63,970 nucleotides of DNA, filler included, from Octopus bimaculoides (GCF_001194135.2; 5 parts of 4 records of this genome joined end to end with filler, not necessarily neighbours in it), one strand, 5' to 3'. Positions 49,189 to 60,744 are shown, counted from the whole stretch's first letter. Notes: a model not told the origin generated them from the letters alone. Translations and numbers: made by a program.

Positions 49189-49550
49189 GTAGTTGTATAC
49201 TGCCAACTTAACGTGACAGTCCCAATAAGGGAATATACTACTGCTGTTTAGCCCTAATTTCTGTTACCAGTGAATAATATCTCACTGAAATAGTATATCC
49301 TTACGAAGCTTAGACAGATTTCTTCAGCTAGCCGGTCATGCTACTTCAGGCTGATGACGAGCAAAGACTCAGAAACATGTCCCTGAATGCAGGCTGGGCT
49401 GGCTGGAGGCGTTTGTCTCCCCTTCGTAAGGATAAGGGCACAGAAAGTGTGTCAAGGCCTAATAGGAAGCGGTCTGGCTTCCTAGGGCTAAACAGCAGTA
49501 GTATATTCCCTTATTGGGACTGTCACGTTAAGTTGGCAGTATACAACTAC
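49189..49550. mobile_element. 362-bp fold-back element with perfect 68-bp inverted arms
   Basis: 49189-49256 is the exact reverse complement of 49483-49550; inner 13-bp IR at 49296-49308/49422-49434; no TSD seen. Confidence 0.85.
49345..49387 (+). ncRNA. Type I hammerhead ribozyme (variant core)
   Basis: Stem I ttcagg(49345-50)/cctgaa(49382-87); CTGATGA 49351-57; extra C; stem II gag-caaaga-ctc; extra A; GAAA 49372-75; palindromic stem III ACATGT; GUC cleavage triplet ending at 49381. Confidence 0.7.
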
Positions 49551-49774
49551 ATTATTTATATAGATATTTCAAAAGATTATTTTACTCCTCTACCTTTTAA
49601 TTTCCGATTTGCGGTGCTTAATCTTTAACTTCCAATTTTCAGTTCTTAATTTACAGCGTTTAATTATTAATTTTTTTTTAAACATCTCTTTCCCCTTTTT
49701 AATGTCCCTGCCAGTTACTCTCTCTCCGTTAAACTTGAGTGCTTCTTTTAATAGAACAGATCCTTTCGTCTTCA

Positions 49775-50176
49775 CTATTTGAGCGAGAAATTGCGAATGA
49801 AAAGAGTTGCAGCAAAATTTGTGCGTCGCTTGTTCACAGAAGATCAAAAGCAGTCACGACTGAATGCGTGTCGTGAACTGAAAGAATAGTTGAAAGTTGA
49901 TCCGGACCTTTTTTCGAAGGTCGTCACTGGTGATGAAAGCTGGTACTACAGAATTTGCAAATGTGGAAGACATGAAGAAAAAAGAAACGATGGAGGCGTT
50001 AAAAGGCATCAATTCACAAGAGTTCCAGCACTGCTTCCAACCGTGGAAAACGCGGCTGGATCAATGCTTTGCTTCAAATGGAGAATACTTTGAAGGTGAT
50101 AAAAGTGTAAACATGTAAAATTAAGTGAATAAAATAGTATTGCAAAATTCCGATTTCTTTCGGGTACCCCCTCGTA
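49775..50176 (+). mobile_element. Mariner (irritans-like), internally deleted 3' part with TIR
   Basis: LRMKRVAAKFVRRLFTEDQKQSR...VVTGDESWYY joined directly to FQHCFQPWKTRLDQCFASNGEYFEGD; ends gtaccccctcg|ta. Confidence 0.9.
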
Positions 50177-50954
50177 TAGGTAGGCACAGTTTTTTCGTTT
50201 AGAGATAGTTGCACTTTCATTTATATAATATTTCGGTACGTGGCTTCGATTAGAAAATTTATTTTTAAAGGGTGGACAACGCGGTGGTGGGAGGGACACC
50301 AACTCCCGAAACTGCAAGGAATGAAGAACGTTTGCTACGCAGCTAAAGTCCTATAATTAATGTAGTGCGAAAAGAAAAACTTTTTTTTTTTTACTCTTTT
50401 AACAGCAAATGGTTCTCGAAGTTCAAACATTTTAGAAAGATTTTGAAGCAGAAACACAAGACACCCCCCACCTCTAAATTATTGAATGATCTTCAGCATC
50501 TCATTGATTCATTCAGTTCAATAATTACAATACTAGGGAAGAAGCTTAATGAAAATTATTCAATGCAGCATTGTTTAGGCCGGAAGCCATATCGTAGTTA
50601 TCAATTTGAGAAGGAAATCTCAGAAAGTAAATTTCCTAAGCCAGATAAAATGGGCATAATGCATAAGAGAAAAACAAGGTTGATCTGAGCTAAACGACAA
50701 TACGTTTTAGTTGATATACAGTGACTAGGAGGAGGGTGCATTGATGTTTAACTCCAAGTCAGCTCTAGTCGAGGAGATGGCCTCTTACATCAACCATCTT
50801 TCTGAAGCATTGAATTAGAAGTAGCTCATGTCTCACGCCACCTCTGTAAAGGAATGGAATAGACAGCGTAAGAGAGAGCAAGATTGTTGTTTTCAGACAA
50901 ACGAGAATATCGTCAAGTCTGCGTTCATTGTTGTCTAACAATATTTTCTCCTCA

Positions 50955-51169
50955 AAAGGCGGCGAGCTGGTAGAATCGTTAGCACGCCGGGCGAAATGCT
51001 TAGCGGTATTTCGTCTGCCTTTACGTTCTGAGTTCAAATTCCGCCGAGGTCGACTTTGCCTCTTATCCTTTCGGTGTCGATAAATTAAGTATCAGTTGCG
51101 TATTGGGGGTCGATCTAATTGACTGGCCCCTCCCCCAAAATTTCGGGCCTTGTGCCTATAGTAGAAAAG
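50955..51169 (+). mobile_element. SINE family B, full length, with 15-bp TSD
   Basis: aatattttctcctca at 50940-50954 and 51170-51184. Confidence 0.9.
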
Positions 51170-51479
51170 AATATTTTCTCCTCATATGAGGAGACATCGG
51201 TCTCCATCGAGAAGACTACCTGCTGTATCACAGCTTCACAATATCTTACCCAACCCTCACCCCATTTAAGATGACGTCGAAATATGTCAGCTGATTTGGC
51301 TATGCAACAATAAATTTTCTGCATGGTCGCTAGACTTGCTGAAAATAACTTGCAAATTTTTCTCGAGTCACAACCTACTGTTTGTCTTTAAGAATAGTTA
51401 GTCACTGTAATCTAGATATGAAAAAAAAAAGGAGTCGGAATTTCACCACTGAAATACTTTTCATCATAGGTCTTATTAA

Positions 51480-51785
51480 TCAGGTGGTTTGACCAATGTC
51501 TTCTGAATAAAGTTAGTAGACGAAAACTGTCCGAAAGCTCGTCGTTTATGTATATGTTTGTGTGCATTGTGTGGGAGAGGGAGTTTGTGCCTTTGTATTT
51601 GTACCATCACTCCCTCCCCCGCCCACACACACACACACTCACTGTGCGGTTCGGCAAAAGAAACAGATAGAGTAAGTTTCAGTTGTAAAAAGTAAGTACT
51701 GTGGTTGACTTGTTCGACTAAACCCTTCAAAGTGGTGCCCCAGCATGGCCGCAGCCCAATGACTGAAACAAGTAAAAGATAAAAT
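51480..51785 (+). mobile_element. SINE family A, degenerate
   Basis: gcggttcggcaaaagaaacagatag...ccccagcatggccgcagcccaatgactgaaacaagtaaaag. Confidence 0.7.
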
Positions 51786-51966
51786 ATATCAGATCTCTTC
51801 ATAACCTGAAAAATGTCACGGTTGATCTATACAGACGAAAATATTCGTCGCTTATTCATAACAGGAATTTCTTCTGTTTGTATATGAATCAGACAACTGC
51901 AAAACAAAAATCTTAACCTTGAGATCAGTCGTAAATCAGGTTCGTGCTTTTGAAATTATCATAAAA

Positions 51967-52022
<56 letters not shown>

Positions 52023-53416
52023 AGAAAACTATGCAATCTCCTCTGCAAAAGTGATTAGGNNNNNNNNNNTCTCTCTCAACAGAAAACTATGCAATCTCCT
52101 CTGCAAAAGTGATTAGGAAGAAATTTAGAAAACTGAAATGAATTAGATCTTGTGTCCAGGTGCACCTCGTCAAATGTGTTGCACCATTTGCTGCTATTGT
52201 CCAACCTTGAAACTATTTGTTTCAATTATAAAAATATGAATACATTTCAAAGGTTTGTGACCTTTGAAAGCAAAAAAAAAAACAATAAAAAAAACAGTAA
52301 GCATTTCTATTTTGTCTCTCTCTATCTTCTGCGTTAAAAACTCTATTATTGACATAGATAGTTCCGCCAGTTATATATTTGAATTGTGTTTAAACTAAGG
52401 TTTAAGGGTGTGTTGTCAGTGGCTTCAGATAAATTGACTGCATCAACCAATAAATATTGTGAATGAAACTTAAAGGTAAAAAATCGTTCGTACTTCCAAA
52501 TGTGACACGTTGTAATACTTGTAACAACCACGCTGCCACTCAAACGTTATTCAATGAGTTTAATCAAATGTCATTCATGAGTTTAATCGATCAGAGATGA
52601 ATAAGATACTCAAAGAAAACATAACCGAAACAAGTAATTCACTCTGGTTTAGAGTAAGTATATGCTATTAAAGGTAACAAACATAAAAGTGTGTTGGGGC
52701 TAGTAGGTGACATCTCTGAAACATAAATATAATCCAACTTCTTTGTAGCATTTTTTCATCGACTGTCATTTTCCTTTCATTTTTTAAAGTCTTTTACTTG
52801 ACCAAGGTATTTTCTAGTTTCATTTAATCTATATACGCCCATTTAGATCGAAATACTTCCTTTAGGTCTTACGAACTGAAGATTTTCTTATATGATAAGA
52901 GTGTCCCAACTAGTCACACTTCCTCAAGCGTTATGTTGCTATAGTTTAGAAAACTGTGACATTACCTCTAGAGTCTAAACATGTACTGATCCCCGCATAG
53001 GAATCAGTTTCTCTTAAGACTTTACATTGGGTACGATTCTTGTTATGTTCATCAACGAACTCAACACATAATGAACTTCTCTCCGTTTTTACTCGAAACA
53101 CAGCTACAAGAATGAACATACTGATCTACCTTTCTTTAACTGGAAAGTTTTGGTTGTGGAAGCACATAGGTAATAAAGATGATCATTTAGTCAAAGTCGT
53201 TGAGAATTTTGTTGGAATCCAATTCCAACAAAATTCCTTTTCCCACGATTTCAGAAGTTACCGTAGCAATTAGAAGCTTCGTCTCATAAAAAGATAACCC
53301 AGCTATGGTCAACGTCGAGCATGATGAAAGTACCCTAGTAGAACATTCCTGAAAATTACTTCGACTTCTCTGCACTGATTCCTGATAAAGCAGCACACAC
53401 ACACATACACACACAT

Positions 53417-53460
<44 letters not shown>

Positions 53461-53469
53461 GCATGTATG

Positions 53470-53960
53470 TATGAATGTATGTATGCATATGAAAGGTTTC
53501 TTTCAGCTTCCCTCAATCAAATCCACTCAAAAAGCTTTAATCGGCCCGGGGTCTATAGTAAAAGACATTTACCAAGATCACATGGATGAGAAGCAAGCTT
53601 CTTATCACACAGCTTCACCAGCATCTCGAGAACATTTTTGCGATATTGTTCTAACGATTTCCTTTTGGTCAATTCTATTGTAAAATATTGTATGAAGGAG
53701 TTTTCTTTTTTTATTTTAAAAGAATGCGATTATCCTATGCTAATATAATGGTTTCTAATTTAGGTACGAGGCTAGTTATTTTGAGAGGAGGGGTTTAGTT
53801 GATATTATCGACTACACTAGTTGACTTATACTTTATTTTATCGACCCCAAGAAGGGATGAAAGGCCGAGGTAACTTTGGCAAGATCTGAACACACAGTGT
53901 TAATAAACAAAGAAAAATATTGCAAGGCAACTTTTTCGTGGTTCTAACGATTGAACCAGC
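53470..53960 (-). mobile_element. Degenerate SINE family A head (53470-53620) and family B copy (53755-53960)
   Basis: tttctttcagcttcc...aaatccactc and tatcgaccccaagaagggatgaaaggc. Confidence 0.55.
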
Positions 53961-54390
53961 TCAGTATCCTGGTTCTATACGCTTGCATTAACTATAGAAA
54001 TGATTGAATCGCCAAGAGATTCTGCACCTGTTGCCTACTGTTGTTGCATTACCTCATCTGATATTGTTTTAAATGTTATATAAACAGCTATTTCTGACAG
54101 TTTTGTCAATAGAAATCAGTTGAACATTTTCTGAATTAAATTCTGCTTCAAATTAACTTGTCTGTTGGATTATTCGGACTTCAAATGGTTTAATGAAAGA
54201 TTTCTTCCAGAAGAGTCATAATTCCAGACTCATATGATATTGATTACTGGCGCTTTGAGAAGTCTTTTTTTTTTTTTTTCTATAATTAATGTTTTCATTT
54301 ATCCAGTCTGCAATTCGAAAATATCTAGTACAGAGATACGAAATATTTAACAGATTTAACCCGTAAGTATGTGAGTTGTATATATATATA

Positions 54391-54490
54391 NNNNNNNNNN
54401 NNNNNNNNNNNNNNNNNNNNNNNNNNNNNNNNNNTTAATTAATTAANNNNNNNNNNNNNNNNNNNNNNNNNNNNNNNNNNNNNNNNNNNN
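54391..54490. other. Artificial scaffold spacer (44 N + TTAATTAATTAA + 44 N)
   Basis: Same construct as 7998-8097. Confidence 0.95.
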
Positions 54491-54541
<51 letters not shown>

Positions 54542-54607
54542 AATATATATAATATATATATATATATATACACATATATACATACATATACATACGCACA
54601 CACACAC

Positions 54608-54638
<31 letters not shown>

Positions 54639-54780
54639 TATCTGTATACATATACACAGGATCAGTGACTAGATCGCAGTTGTGTAATAATAATTTTCAT
54701 CCTCATGAAATAATTTTAAGTGAATCTTTTGTCCGTTATTAAAAAAACTAGGCTGGCTCATCCATAATTTAATTGTATTG

Positions 54781-55580
54781 CACGTGGTCCGACCAATAAG
54801 TATCTAGACTGTTGTTCTAATAACAAAGCTAAAGCATACATAGTGGAGCCACTTTCGCACTACGTTTGAACATTTTATGTCACTTCTGCTATTTCCAGCA
54901 GTGCTTGGAAGGAATGTATGCAGTATGTTACTGTTGCATTGACCATGACAGAGAAAGTTGAGCAGAGAATCTGCATCAAATTTTGCCAAAAGCTTGGCAA
55001 TACCAGCTCAGAGGCCTACGCAAAGTTTTCATTGTTTTTGACACATTGATGGAGATCTTGTGTGACTGAACCCCAAGTGTGTTTTCGGTCAGCTGAAAGC
55101 AGTTTTGGCACAAACTTGGCAGACACACATCTCATACCTAAATCTTTAGTGATAATGGACTGAACTGTAACTAATCTGCATATCAACTGATAACTCACAG
55201 ATGGTGATTCGACGATTTCCCCTTACAGCTGCACGCACATCTGCAATGTGTTTCTCAGTTCTGCTGGTCTCCCAGAACATTCGTCACTATTGCCATTTTT
55301 ACGGCCTTCTTGGAAACGTCTGACCCACTCATACACTTGTGTGTGGCTCATACATTCCTCTCCATACACTTTCTGCAACTTTGCGTAATGCCTCTGAGCA
55401 GATATCACCATAACAACTTTCTCTGTCATAGTTAATGTGAAAATGTTAAAACTTGGTGCGTGTGCACAGCAGAGTCCAAGGTGGACTCTGTACCAAGTGG
55501 CTTTATTCTGTGTGCTTTAGCTTTGTTACTATGGTATTTTCTATATTAGCCTTAGTTGTTTGATTTGATGGTCTCACATG
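54781..55580. mobile_element. Mariner derivative made of two inward-facing 5' ends
   Basis: Plus ATG 54945 reads MTEKVEQRICIKFCQKLGNTSSEAYAK; minus ATG 55429 reads MTEKV...YAKLQKVYGEECMSHTQVYEWVRRFQEGR then SAKFVPKLL; upstream leaders are mutually inverted. Confidence 0.8.
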
Positions 55581-55654
55581 CATACATATATCCATATATA
55601 CACAAAGAAAATTGTGCCATGAAAAAGAGCCTGTGCAATCCTACGTAAAAGCAT

Positions 55655-55825
55655 CCAGCACACTCTGTAAAGTGGTTGGCATTCAGAAGAGCATCTAGCT
55701 GTATAAACCATGCCAAATCAGACTAGAGTTTGGTGCAGCTCCCCAGCTTACCAGCTCTGGTCAATCTGTCCAACCCATGATAGCACGGAAAATAGACATT
55801 AAAGGATGCTTATGATGATGATGTA
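55655..55825 (+). mobile_element. Degenerate RTE 3' tail
   Basis: taaaagcatccagcacactctg...ccaacccatgatagcacggaaa...(gat)n. Confidence 0.7.
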
Positions 55826-56215
55826 TTCACACAAAAGCTTAATTTTCTTATCAAAGAAGTTACTGTAGTATAATTATAGGAGGGAACACATTTGAACACA
55901 GGTCAACTGGATTAGTCTAACCCAGTACAAGCACAATAGGTAATATAGGCCTAGAACTATAATGCGTAGACAAAAGAAAGAATGGTGACAGCTGGTACAT
56001 TTTTGATACTAGGTTTGCTGAGTCATGTCTGACTCAGATATGCAACAAGGAAGTAAGGATACATTAGAAAAAACAGTTATGGATACATTACATCTGAATA
56101 AAAGACAGGATGGTCACGGCTGGAAAAATTTGATCACAACCAGAGATTAATCATGAACAACATTAAATGTTAATCCTACAACACAAAGTGTCATTGGAGA
56201 AGAAAAAAAACCTAC

Positions 56216-56389
56216 CCCATTCCTGTCTCCAGAGAAATTCCAGTTCTTTCTTCTTTGCTAAGTATTTCTTGACAGAGTAATGGACTCTTTGAATCAGCAT
56301 GTTCTTTAGACCCATCTGTTTCAGCAGGTATGCCATTGTTGGAGACAGTCCAAATGGGTCAATAGACCAGCCAGCCTGAGGTTTTACAC
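56216..56389 (-). CDS. MAN2A1: Golgi alpha-mannosidase II (GH38; MAN2A1/MAN2A2-like), internal exon, 174 nt, phase 1-1
   Basis: Acceptor tttgtttctttctatcaccag|GT, donor G|gtaggt; reads [58 protein letters not shown], including the W-x-I-D-P-F-G nucleophile motif. Confidence 0.95.
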
Positions 56390-56596
56390 CTGGTGATAGA
56401 AAGAAACAAAAACACAATATATAAGTAAGAACCATAATCAAATATAAAAAAGAAAAGGAAACAGAATAGAACCTCTGTTGGTTTCAGTGAGTTCTCACTA
56501 GGAATTTCCCACTGGTATTTTAGTTGATACCTTTTCTTAAAGTACCTTCATACTCTAACACACATTTTCATATTGTTTTTTTCATTTTAGAAAATG

Positions 56597-56804
56597 TTAA
56601 CTTTTAAGTATTTAAACCAGCCATATCCAGCGAAAATATTCTACCTGTTTTAAGTTCAAACTGACAAGATGTAACCTCACATTGTAAAAATAAACAGATA
56701 CTTCCTCAAAATCTCAAGGCTACAACATAATACATGATTGATTTAAAACAACATGAATAAATAAGTTTACATTTGATAGAATAATGTGAATGCTGAAATG
56801 TTAA
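56597..56804. mobile_element. Possible piggyBac-type MITE (TTAA-flanked), degenerate
   Basis: ttaa|cttttaagtattta ... tgaatgctgaaatg|ttaa, with imperfect terminal complementarity. Confidence 0.45.
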
Positions 56805-57368
56805 ACAAATATATGACTGAGTTATTGTTTTACAGTGGGATACTCTTCCTGTCACTAACTCTTTATCAGTTTTTCAAGTAAGGGATATCTTTATTCCACA
56901 CATTTTTGAAGTGAAAAACCAGTACACAATGCATTGACAGAGGAAATAACAGTAACATCACTGCACATAGCTGAGTGGTTTCCAGGAAGCACAAATATAA
57001 ACAAACAAACACACATTATGAGAGGCCTCTTTCAGTTTTCATCTGCCAAATCCATTCACAAGAATTTGATAGGCCCAGGACTTCATCTTCACTGAGGATC
57101 TCTTCAAGCTAACACATGTCTTCAACACTGAAAAGAATGCACTATAAAGATAAAAACCTTTCCCATCAGGAACAAAAGAATACTTGAGTTCCCAATAACA
57201 GCTAACTCATTACAAAGTCTAGATGAGACCTGGTTAAGAAATTCACTTGGTTGCTATGAGGTCCTAGATTCAATACATTGTATGGCATTTTGGTGAAGTA
57301 CATTTACCCTAACACTAGACTGATCCAAGCCTTGGAAGTGAAACTGGATAGACAGGAGTTGTATAGAG

Positions 57369-57608
57369 CAGTGTTTCTCAACTATTTTTCTTTTTTTGCC
57401 TGTGGATCTCTTTGATTCCTATTTTACTCAGATGAAACCTTAAAACTATTTAATGCTTAAAAAATTCTATTATAGTTTTATAATTAAATATTATTAGGAA
57501 TTGCATTAAACAAATTGTTAAAATATTTTGTGTATTGCAGAAGTAAAACCAATTTATTGTACATAAATTGTAACATAATCTTACATGGACCCCACTTGAG
57601 AATCACTA
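57369..57608. mobile_element. hAT-type MITE with 8-bp TSD
   Basis: gtatagag|cagtgtttctcaac ... cttgagaatcacta|gtacagag (TSD 7/8). Confidence 0.75.
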
Positions 57609-58777
57609 GTACAGAGCCTTGTGGGTAAAATTGGGTTGACAGAAACTGTTGAATGGACTCTACCAGGAATTCAAAGGTCAAGTCTTGTTACATTGGTGTC
57701 AAACTAAATCTGCCTGAAAATTACATTGAGGGTACACATATCCATAGAAAACTTGGCAGATATGCATGCTAATTCAATGATTAAGTAGTGCATATGAGTG
57801 AACATATGGCTGCTCATGCAATGATATCAACATCAAATACCTAAATGTTAGACTTGGATGAGGAGAATGAATAGGGTGCATATAAAAAAAATAAATGAAC
57901 AAATAAAAGAAAACCAAAGAAAATATATATGCACACAAGTATAGAAAAACCATGCAAAGAATATGAAGTGCATAAACATATATATCTATTTGAATAAAAT
58001 ATATCAATATGAATAAAAAATATATCATTACATATACCTATCCTTTGTAACCCTAACTTTAGTAACTCTACAAGATGCATGAGGTGAACTAGATGTAATC
58101 TGCTTTCACCCTCTCTTCACCCTCAATATTCAGAACAGGTTACCTAAGTAATGTTTTACTTCATTGGAAAAACACTTCCCTAGTTCTAATAGATACAGAA
58201 AAATCTTTACTCCCCACCACGATCAAGCTACCATACTTGACTACATGTAACACTGTTGACATTATATGTCATTTCAATAATAAGAAATTACCTCATCTAC
58301 TTAAGTGTAATCAACTTAACTACTCTTGGGTAAGAGTATAAAAATTGCACCCTCTGCCAAGGTATGTTGAGCCAATGTGGCAGAATAAGCTCATCAAACC
58401 AGTACTGTCTCAAGCTCAAATTCAAAGCTTCCACATCAGACTGTGGATGGTAGTGAAAACATGCTGAGGTCTTCATCCTGCAATGGACTGAACATAGGCA
58501 ATCCAATCCAAACCAAAACCTAAGTGTACACATAGTAACATCTTTATGATACCCTACAGCCCTAGCCCCATACATAATAACTCTTCAGACTTTCTTCATT
58601 TTGGGAGAGAGACTGACACTTACTTTGTTGATGCTGAGTTGAGCACACAGCTCTCTCCACATAATGGGCCTAGAGATATGTCTATGCCAGTCAACAGTTA
58701 CACACATAATAGGGGTGGTACTGTTAACAGTATTAATATTAACAATACATAATATAAAGTGTAGTTTCTAGAAGAAC

Positions 58778-59598
58778 AAGGCTGTGACAAAGTTTAGAGA
58801 ACTACTACCTTTGTTGGTAACAAAGAACCTCTCCCTCAGAGTAAAAGGCAGATAGTATGATACCTGTATACAAACACCTATACAACATGGCAGAGAAATG
58901 TGACTGCAGAAGACATGCAAAGGCTTGAAAGAAATGAAGCCAGTATGCTCCGCTGGATGGGTAATGTCAGTATGCATGTACGACAGAGAGTAAATGATTT
59001 AAGAGAAAAATTGGGTATAAGAACAATCAAATGTAGTGTGCAAGAGAGAAGACTGTAGTGGTATGGTCATATGAGGTATATGGATGAGGACAGCTGCATA
59101 AAGTGCTGGTCTCTAATTGCAGAGGGAACCTGTGGAAGGTGCATATTCAGGATGATGTAGGATGAAGTGGTGAGAAAGGATCTTCAGATATTGAGTTTCA
59201 CAGAAGAGATGACAAGGGACTGAGACTTCTGGTAATTTGCTGGGCATGAGAAGATACATCAAGCTAAGTAAAATCGTAGCCATCCATGTATAGAGGCATG
59301 CCATTTACAATCCCCACCCCATCCACAAACACATAATCTGTCCTCTGTGCACAAAAAGCACCTGTGTTGACCCATGTAAATAGCACCTGCACTTGAGTCA
59401 CATAAAAAGCACCTGTGCTGGTGACACATAAAAGGCACCCAGTGTGCATTGTAAAGTGGCTGTCATTAGAAAGGGCATCTAGCTGTAGAAATCATACCAA
59501 AACAGACAACTGGAACCAGGTGCAGTGTTCCAGTTTGCTCCTGTTGAACTTTTCAGCTCATGCCAGCATGAAAAGTGGATGTTAAATGATGATGATGA
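58778..59598 (+). mobile_element. RTE LINE 3' end, degraded
   Basis: Homologous to 34380-34935 and to the reverse complement of 24868-25900; (GAT)n tail. Confidence 0.85.
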
Positions 59599-59773
59599 AT
59601 ACTTACCCTGGCAACCCTGTCAGCTCATGTAACTCAGTCTATATAAAGACTGGGAACAAGAGCTCCCTTCGCACCCCACCTGTGAATGTGGAATAACTTT
59701 ATAACTGTATATACCCACCCTCCTGCTCCTTGGACAATAAATGTATGATTACATACTTATGTACATATGTCTA

Positions 59774-60095
59774 TCATCATCATCATCATCATCGTTTGAT
59801 GTTTGCCTTCCATACTGGCATGGGTTGGCTGTTTTGACAGGAGCCGACCAGGCAGAAGACTGCCCCTGACTTTTGTGTCGGTTTTGGCACAGTTTTTTTT
59901 AGCTGGATGCCCTTCCTAACACCAACCACTCTGTAGGGTGGACTGAATGCTTTTTATGTGACACAAGCACAGGCGAGGTCAGTTTTCGCATGGTTTTTAA
60001 GCTGGATGCTCTTCGAAACGCCAGCCACTTTACAGTGTAGACTGGATGCGTTGTATGTGGCACCAGCACTAGCAGGGTTACCAAGTGACTTGCAA
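59774..60095 (-). mobile_element. RTE 3' tail
   Basis: (cat)n cgtttgatgtttgccttccatactggcatgggttgg...agctggatgcccttcctaacaccaaccactc. Confidence 0.75.
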
Positions 60096-60744
60096 GACAA
60101 GGAATCTTTGAGAGGGGAGTGGGGAATTGGAGGATGTGATCTTCTGTCAGATGATGAAAGGATAGAGTGTGACAGAGAGACAAAGACAGAAACAGGTGTC
60201 TTGCTGTAGAGGAGGCACATGGTTACTTGGCGAGAGAGAGAGAGAGAGACACATAGACAAACAGACAGAAGGAGAGAGAGTTAACAAGAATGAGGACAGA
60301 AACAGATGTGCTGCTGTAGAGGGGTTACCCAGCCAGAGGGAAGACAAAGAGAAATAGAGTGGGAGGCAGCAAGAGTGCAAGAGAGAGCAGTAGAGAGATG
60401 GTGGAAAAGTGCCAGAGTATACTCACAAGGAATAGGGATCAGAGAATAGATGGGATGGTAGAGTAAAGAAGTGAGAGATAAATGAAGGTCATAATATATG
60501 TGACAGGGTATTGCCAGGAAGGCACAAGTAGGGAGTAGGGGTGGAGAAAGCAACGATAAAGTGAGCAAGTGAGCGGGGCAATGAGGACAGGATTGGGGAG
60601 TGGGAGATAATCACAGTGTATGAAGAGGAAATGTAAGGAAGAGAAGAGATGCAATTTGGTTTGTTGGAGTTTGGTGTGTGAAAATTTTATTGTTACATGT
60701 GGCTTGTAGAACTCAGTTTTTCTGACTGAGTGGGTGTTCTCTAG

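Noticed and set aside
50738-50818. Plus-strand EEGALMFNSKSALVEEMASYINHL as a FERM C-lobe-like terminal exon
   Set aside because: Only a 5-residue resemblance, with a weak acceptor; it also overlaps the longer antisense ORF.
5050-52117. Direct repeats flanking gaps (5050-5168/5179-5297; 14315-14379/14644-14708; 52012-52059/52070-52117)
   Set aside because: Exact copies on either side of N runs; assembly artefacts.
56355-56365. IDPFGL instead of IDPFGH in mannosidase II as a loss-of-function change
   Set aside because: The nucleophile Asp is intact, and this position varies among GH38 Golgi enzymes (from memory, Tyr in plants).
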